From the NCBI GenBank assembly GCA_951406725.2, contig OX597833.1:35836001-35900000 (forward strand): a stretch of DNA of 64,000 bases, read 5' to 3'. The translations under genes and the position numbers were made by a program. Numbering within the stretch: position 1 is the stretch's first letter; each line of letters begins with the position of its first letter. Positions 56,095 to 64,000 of the stretch are shown here, one piece after another. Origin of the DNA: Octopus vulgaris (Eukaryota). The notes beneath the pieces were generated by a model. The model did not search any database. It was not told where the DNA came from and saw nothing but the letters and a program-made list of their open reading frames with translations.

Positions 56095-56179
<85 letters not shown>

Positions 56180-57034
56180 ATATAAAAAAAATAAAGATTT
56201 GTGACTTTTATTGAATAAAAGAGGTAATATTTTTCTTCTTCTCCATCATAGTATATTTCACCTCTGAGTCACTTTCAATAGAATTAATTTGTATATACCT
56301 TTGCCTTTATGAGTGTGACTGACTGAGTGTGTGTGTGTCTGTGAGTATGTGTATGTGGCTGTGTGTGTGTCTGCGTGAGTGCGTGCGTCTGTAGGCGTGA
56401 TGTAGGTGTAGTTTGTGTATACACGCATGAGTTGTACAACTAAGAAACATAGTTGATATCCATATGTTGGTTAACCACTTTTTCCTTTATCTTTCTCACT
56501 CTCTGTCTCCCTGTGTGTCTGTGTGTTTTAGCATGTGTGTGCGCGTGTGCATGTGTACATGTGTGTATGTGTGTGTGTGCGGTGTACAGATAAAAGTGCT
56601 TGTGCATATTGAAACACATGTACATGCTTGCATATATACAATATTGTACATGTGTGTCTGTGTATGTAAAGGAATGTATCTAAAAGTAATGGAGTAGAAA
56701 AAGGCCGTGCATCTGACACATTATATATTCATACAAATTTAAAATACGTACACACATACATACGTGCAAACATACGTAGATATAAGCAGTCGTATATATA
56801 TTTACATACTTGAGATTATACAAATATGTTTATGGATTTGTGTGTGTGTGAGCGCGAACATGTAGGACGGACCAAAAATGGGTGTCGTCTGCTTGTTTGG
56901 TAATGTTGCGGAATGAAGTAGCTTGCTGTAATTTGGTTGGTTGTTTGCGATGGGGTGACTGACTAAAAGCAGGAGGCATTCTCTGAGACTACTATGGACT
57001 GCAAAAAGCAACAAATACATACATACATATACAC

Positions 57035-57141
<107 letters not shown>

Positions 57142-57346
57142 ATATATATATATGATAGTTAATCATTTAAATACATACACAATGCCGTGCAGACGCCCAT
57201 ACACATACACACATATATATTTGTGTATATACATATACACGTATATATGTACATATGCAATATACAGGTACACATATGCACGTACATACACTCAAACACA
57301 CACACACATGCATATACATACATGCATACATACACACACATATATA

Positions 57347-57405
<59 letters not shown>

Positions 57406-57735
57406 GAAGGTAGGTAGGTATGTATGTTCGTGATGCTGCGTCCAACCTAAAAACGTCTGAGCAACACCCAACCAATTTTACGCTAAATCGATTATCCTAC
57501 TTGTTCAGCTGATCGATCAATTGAATATTTGTTGTTTGGAAATTATGACTGCAATTCTTCACACACACCCACTCACAACCGCTCCTCCCCCCACACATAC
57601 ACCACACATACACACAAGCCCGCATACACACATATACACACATAAAATTGACGCACATATATACATATCTAGCTAGCTGTCTCTCTCCTTCCCCTCTCTC
57701 TCTATATATATATACATATATGTATATATAAAAGA

Positions 57736-57799
<64 letters not shown>

Positions 57800-57816
57800 C
57801 ACACATATATATATAC

Positions 57817-57949
<133 letters not shown>

Positions 57950-58065
57950 CATACATACTTATTCTGTAAATAGTGAGTAAATATTTATTTGCTTTAAGCT
58001 TAAAAGTGTTCACAGTGTACTGGGTATGGAAAATATTGGGGCATATCATTCCACGACAGAAAAGC

Positions 58066-58096
<31 letters not shown>

Positions 58097-58239
58097 TGTA
58101 TATGTGTGTGGAGGGGGGTATGTATATATGTATATATGAAAACATATATATAATATATTAGTTATTATTTATCTTATATATATATAACTTAAGCAACCTT
58201 TAGCTAAGCAATCCACAACTGCTTTGCTTTACGCTAGGT

Positions 58240-59270
58240 ATATAGATGATATTAATAGTCTAGTTAGGACAAGCTCTAGTAAATATAGTGTAGAAACCGA
58301 GAGGTGCATAAAGGAGAGCATCCAGCACATAGCTAATTCCATCCACCAAATTATCAAGATAACTATATAGATTTCCCCAATAGGTACCCTAACAATAGAC
58401 TCCCTGTCCTTGATACTGAACTTTGGTTAGAGACTGTGAACAATAGAGTGCAGCTCTTCCATAGCTTCTAAATATGTTGTTCACAACAACTCAGCTTTGT
58501 CACACAACATGAAAATCAACATATTGATAGCAGACTTAGGATAATGAATAACTTGTTCCCCTATGCGAACCCTATTAAACAAAGAAACATATACAGAACT
58601 TTATGCACCGCCTGCAATTCTCTGGATATGACCAGATTGGATTCGAGTATACAAGGAAGCTAGAAAGAATTTAGATACCATTATATGTAATAAAACCAAT
58701 GGTGCTTGCTCTAGATACAGGGGTAAAGACAGGAATAAGATACAGAGAGTTTGTGATAAAGCAAACAGGGTGAAAACATGGTACAAGGCCGACAAGCATC
58801 AAGGAGTGATGTTTGTAGAGGCCACAGCCCATTGAGAACTAGCCCGAATATTTAGGAAAGTTCTGAAGGAGACCAAACTCAACATTAAAGTCGTTGAAAA
58901 GCCAAGGATCTCCATCAGATCACAACGCCCCTTTGAGAATACCACATTCACCAATGAAAACTACATGGTATGTAAGGTCAACTCTCTCATTAACTGTAGA
59001 ACTAGTAAGGTAGTTTACATCATAAGATGCATAGAGTGTTCTTGTAAAGACAAGAGCATGACATACATAGTACTACTATCATCATTTCTAAAAATAAACA
59101 TTGAAAAATGGTTTGGCATCATTTATAAAAATAGCCAAACAACTACTACTGCTGTCCACAGGAGCATATATAAAGGACAAAAGACATCCAGTCAACCACA
59201 GTTGAAACACTCCTGTCACAACCTGGGACCTTGAAGACTGCTTTAATGCAAGAAAGTATACTAGTCCCTG
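58240..59270 (+). mobile_element. Second Penelope-like element remnant (different subfamily), with AT-rich 3' region to ~59760
   Basis: IANSIH, DFPNRYPNNRLPVLDTELW, ASKYVVHNNSAL, RLQFSGY, IKVVEKP and CRTSKVVYIIRCIEC..TYI (GIY-YIG-like). Confidence 0.72.
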
Positions 59271-59816
59271 AATATTTTATATTCAATATTTCATCTATTC
59301 AATAAGCCAATCAATAATTCATTTCATTTTACTATATATATATTATTCATATTTATATTTGTATTTATTTATATTCACTTATACATACTGTACTTATTGT
59401 ATCTTATTACTCATTGATGTACATTGTTTTGATTTATATTATTATGTTTGACCTTAATGTTCATATGTAGTGGTTTAATAAATTATGGGATTGGGTATTA
59501 TCTGGTAGTTGATTATTGATTAAGATGTATTTCTCCATTTCCTTATTTTGTATTATTAATTTGTGGTAAAACATTTTACCTTTGCCCATTGAATACAGTA
59601 AATGAATTAATTGCATCGCAATCCTTAACATTTATGTATTAATTTTGTTGGGTACTTCACTAGCAGTATATTGGATATATGTTATCCCATGGAGGGTTGC
59701 ACTCACAACCCCTATCTCAATTTGTATTATTTATACTATATATTCTATATTCTACATTAATATTATAAAGAATATAGATAAAACATTAAAAAAAAGACAG
59801 AGTTGGAATTTCTTTG

Positions 59817-59855
<39 letters not shown>

Positions 59856-59871
59856 TGTGTGTGTGTTGTGT

Positions 59872-60170
59872 AGACGTGTGTCTTAATGGTTTGGGTATTT
59901 GGCTCATGATTATAAGGTCGTGAGTTTGATATTCGACAGCGTGTTGTGTCCTTGAGCAAGACACTCTATTTAACGTTGTACCAGTCTAGTGAGCTGGCAA
60001 AAGCGAGTTACATATGTATTTGAAAGGACCAGCCTTGTCACAATCCGCATGACACTGAATCTCCTGTGAACTACGTTAATGTTACATATCTGAAATGTTC
60101 AGCCAGGTGCACCTTAATTGCAGGAGAAGGCTCTTCTGTGAACACTCGCCGTCGTAACCAACGGATTGCC
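59872..60170 (+). mobile_element. SINE family C
   Basis: Colinear with 19125-19440. Confidence 0.7.
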
Positions 60171-60180
60171 AGGAGAAAAG

Positions 60181-60225
<45 letters not shown>

Positions 60226-60749
60226 AACACTTACACACACACACATACACACACACGCACACAAACATGGTGAGGAAGATCCACGTTAGTTATGTAAGAA
60301 TTCAGAATATTTGTTACAATCACGTCTAACGATTATTTCCTGATATATCAACATTTTCGCTTGCACATTTTCGGCGTTTTCAAGGATACAGTTCGTAGGA
60401 AGAAACTCTTAAATAGTATTAACTAGTAAGATTTAATAGGCTTAACTTATTTCTATCTACTATGTTTTCTCTCCCGTCCTCTTCCACCTACGGCAATACG
60501 GATGCGCTTGTACCACCAAATATATATTCTATATACTATAGGAACAAGGTCCGAAATTTTTGAGGGGTGGTTTAGACGATTAAATGGACTCCAATACTCA
60601 ACTGGTACTCATTCAACTGACCTCGAAAAGATAAAAGGCAAAGACAACCTCGTCATAATTCTGAACTCAGAACGTAGAAATGGACGAAGTGCCGCAAAAC
60701 ATATCTCCCGCGTGCTAACGATTCTGACAAATCGCCGCCTTCCGCCACA

Positions 60750-60826
<77 letters not shown>

Positions 60827-60872
60827 CTTCAATATCAACGCCACTGGATGCACAATAAATTAGCCTACTCAC

Positions 60873-61012
60873 TGCCGTTGAGCATTTGGCCAAATGCGTT
60901 TTTTTCAATATATATCTCGTATCTCCAGCTACCTCAAATGCCAAGATGTCAAAAATTGTCAAAGTGTAGAACAACGTTTTGCTATGGAATGGTGTAACTA
61001 TGTTTTCGTTTT
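60873..61012 (-). other. Candidate exon (140 nt)
   Basis: Acceptor poly-T-ccag, donor GTGAGT; one open frame (ENENIVTPF..KCSTA). Confidence 0.3.
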
Positions 61013-61345
61013 CTGGAAAAAAAAAAAAACCTTTTCGACTTACGACACTTTTGCATAATAGCAACGATATGTATATGTTTAGTCACTCTTTCAAATGTGT
61101 GATTGTGTGTTTATGTGAAAGCAAGAAGAAAAATAAGTGAAAATGCACATTTGAAATCAAAAAAAGTAAAGGTTTTTTATGAAAAGTAACGATAGATATA
61201 TACAATTAGGTGAACTGAGGTATGAATAAAGGTAATAAAAGTCATTTTGTGAATTGTTAAAGAGATTTAAAAGCATACCGGTTTCGTGAATTTACTAATC
61301 ATTGCTTTGAATGCACAGGGTGTGCATTCAAAGCAATTATTAGTA

Positions 61346-61397
<52 letters not shown>

Positions 61398-61400
<3 letters not shown>

Positions 61401-62625
61401 AGTCAATCCATATAAAAGTCGGAGCGGGACGGGATAAACTACCTGCATCAACTTGCTATAAAAGCAAGTAGTAATTTTACTTTAGACTTGTTCATAGTGC
61501 AAGTTTTGAAGAGTACAGTTCGATTTTAACAGTTATTTTTCAACGCTATAATGGAATTGATAAATATATCTATTCGGCATATTTTGCTTTATGAGTTCAA
61601 TAAAGCAACAACGCAACGGAAAGTGCGAGGAATATTAATGCAGTAAACGGGTATCGAACGATAAGTGTAAACCAGTGTCAACGGTGGTTCTAGAAATTCC
61701 GAGCTGGAAACAACCTAGAAGACGAGCCTCGTCTTGGAAGATCTGTAGAGCTCGACGAGTAAGTCCTGCAAGCCCTGGTGGAACAAAGTCTCGTCGTAAC
61801 TGATGAGGAACTAGCAGAGAAGCTTGGATTTGGTTACTCAACCATTCATCGATACATGCGTGCCATCGGAAAAGTCAGCAAATTGGGTCAATGGGTTCTT
61901 CACAAGCTTTCAGAGTCTAATCGCGCGCAGAGAATGAATGTGCGTTCTTCTTCGCTGTCTCGCTGTCGCGTCTCACGAATGAACCTGTTTTGGGGACCGA
62001 ATAGTGACTGGTGACAAGAAATGGGTTCTCTATAAAAATGTCAAGCGCAGAGGACAGTGGGTAGGAAAGGGAGAAACACCGGCACCCCAGGCTAAAGGAG
62101 GTCTTCACCCACGTAAGGTGTTGTTATCTGTTTGGTGGAATATGAAAGGTTTAGTCCACTTTGAACTTTTAAACCCAAACCAAGCGATAACAAAGGAGAC
62201 CTACTACGAGCAGCTTAAGTGGCTTAAGTTAGTGCTAGAAGAAAAACAACCATCTTTGGTTTCAAGACGAAAGGTGTTCTTTTATGCGGATAATGCTCGG
62301 CCACATACAGCGAGGATGACATTCCAAAGGCTGGGTGGGGAAACGATGCCCCACCCACTATATTTGACAGACATTGCCCATCTGATTATCATTTATTCGG
62401 CAATCTTCAAAATTATTTCGACGGACAAAATATGAACAGTGCTGGAGAAGTATTTTTCGCCACGAATAAGGGAATTTTGGAAAAGGGACCTTGCAAGTCT
62501 ACCAGATAGATGGAAGAGCATTGTGGGTAATGAAAGAGAGTATATTTTAAATTAAGAAGGAAGTTTGTTTATCATAATTTTGAAAAGAGTATAAAAAAAC
62601 CACATTATTTATGAGATGACCCCAA
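61398..62625 (+). mobile_element. Near full-length mariner transposon, frameshifted
   Basis: WVLHKL (cf. WVPHEL), TGDKKWV.Y.N, HPRKVLLSVWW, DNARPH and HPLYLTDIA (cf. HPPYSPDLA). Degenerate TIRs ttgagtcaatccat.. / ..atgagatgaccccaa flanked by TA. Confidence 0.88.
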
Positions 62626-63016
62626 TATATATATATATATATATATCATTTCTCCCTACTTTCTAACGAGTCTCCAATCTACCACTCCAAAGTTATATAT
62701 TGTAAATATCCTGATTAAATACCATAAATCATTGGATGTTTTACACAGAAGGAAGATCCATACAGCTGTGTCCTGTTGAGGTTCCATCGCAAGTTCTATT
62801 TCTATGCCAACTGTTTTACATCAATGTGGCTAAGTTCATGGGAAGATGCGTGTTCAAGAAATATTCAACTGGGTATGGTTTGCACCCTTTGCTACAATAC
62901 ATGGCGTAATTTCTATTGTAAACACTGATTATACGATTTAAACGTAGGCATCTCTTTTACTCACTTTTTACTCTCTCTTACTTTTCTCACTCTCTCTCTC
63001 TCTCACCATCTTTCTC

Positions 63017-63054
<38 letters not shown>

Positions 63055-63069
63055 TCACGTTCTCTCCTT

Positions 63070-63650
63070 ATCAATGATCCGCAGATGTCTGCTGTGTCTT
63101 GTATTTTCCTGACCAGATTCGTGTTCAGATGACAGTTAATTTTAATAACAGGACGTAATTTTCCTTGTGGTCCCACAAAACAATATCTGGCTGGTTGTGT
63201 TTTAACTTAGTAGCTGTTTTAATTATAAGTTCTATTTAATATTCTTTTGGCCAATCGGTCTTGATATAGTCAACTTCGTATGTAGCTGTTTTCCTGTTTT
63301 TGTTATCATGTGCCAAACTGTTATGGCCATCACATCATGCCTCATGGAAAGATAATATCTGGAAGACATTCGCTCACAGTTGACAGTAACGTGGTTGATG
63401 TCTCGAGTCTTGGTCTTGCACAGTCTACATTTGTTGTCTGTCAACGTTTTCTACCTGTTATGCTGTTGATACTTTGTGGAGAATTCTTGTTCTTGAACTG
63501 CATACAGGTAGCATTCGAAGTGGGATATCATTAACCCCTCGGTACTATACGCCAAGCTTTTGACATGACCAATTCCTTATATGGTTTGTTCTTTGTGCCA
63601 AGTACCCATGCATTATCTTTTCAGTGGATTGGTCAATTAAAAACATTTTT
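63070..63650 (-). mobile_element. RLE-type LINE 3' region (CCHC knuckle plus RLE), family of 2440-3300
   Basis: NKCRLCKTKTRDINHVTVNC..RYYLSMRHD and KHNQPDIVLWD. Confidence 0.8.
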
Positions 63651-63692
63651 TCTTCTGATTAATAGATTTTACCAATGCTTTTTAGTGAGTAA

Positions 63693-63779
<87 letters not shown>

Positions 63780-63809
63780 TGTGTGTGTTTGTGTATGTAT
63801 ATATATATG

Positions 63810-63840
<31 letters not shown>

Positions 63841-63849
63841 CTGTGTGTG

Positions 63850-63886
<37 letters not shown>

Positions 63887-63892
63887 GTGTGT

Positions 63893-63953
<61 letters not shown>

Positions 63954-64000
63954 TATACATGTATGTGTCTGTGTGTGTGTGCATGTGTGTGCGAAATCTA

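Noticed and set aside
62749-62872. Plus-strand exon candidate
   Set aside because: Weak donor, no recognisable peptide and no partner exons identified.

Overview
Very AT-rich, microsatellite-saturated eukaryotic DNA. The tRNA-derived SINE families and repeat landscape point to a coleoid cephalopod, most likely Octopus (inference). I could not recognise any intact host protein-coding gene, rRNA, genuine tRNA or CRISPR array, and nearly all ORFs in the track are translations of (TA)n/(CA)n/(TAA)n repeats. The window is mostly a transposon graveyard. It holds RLE-type LINE fragments (R4/Dong-like, HERO-like), two young 5'-truncated CR1/L2-group LINEs with open RT frames, a decayed Tx1/L1-clade LINE split by one of them, an RTE 3' end and two Penelope-like elements. 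It also holds a Gypsy pol remnant, a Helitron helicase remnant, Tc1/mariner elements (a DD37D maT type and a near full-length mariner), a piggyBac-type MITE and many SINE copies of three families. Most notable: (1) a LINE 3' tail shared with the dominant SINE, with compensatory base-pair changes in a terminal stem-loop; (2) a minimal hammerhead-ribozyme motif with a U3-A8 core variant at the end of a Penelope element; (3) several (TA)n-embedded fold-back palindromes, including a 354-bp palindrome centred on (TA)n; (4) a head-to-tail SINE trimer inside one TSD; (5) a possible spliced, probably non-coding, minus-strand transcript. All calls come from reading the sequence by eye, and boundaries of decayed elements are approximate.
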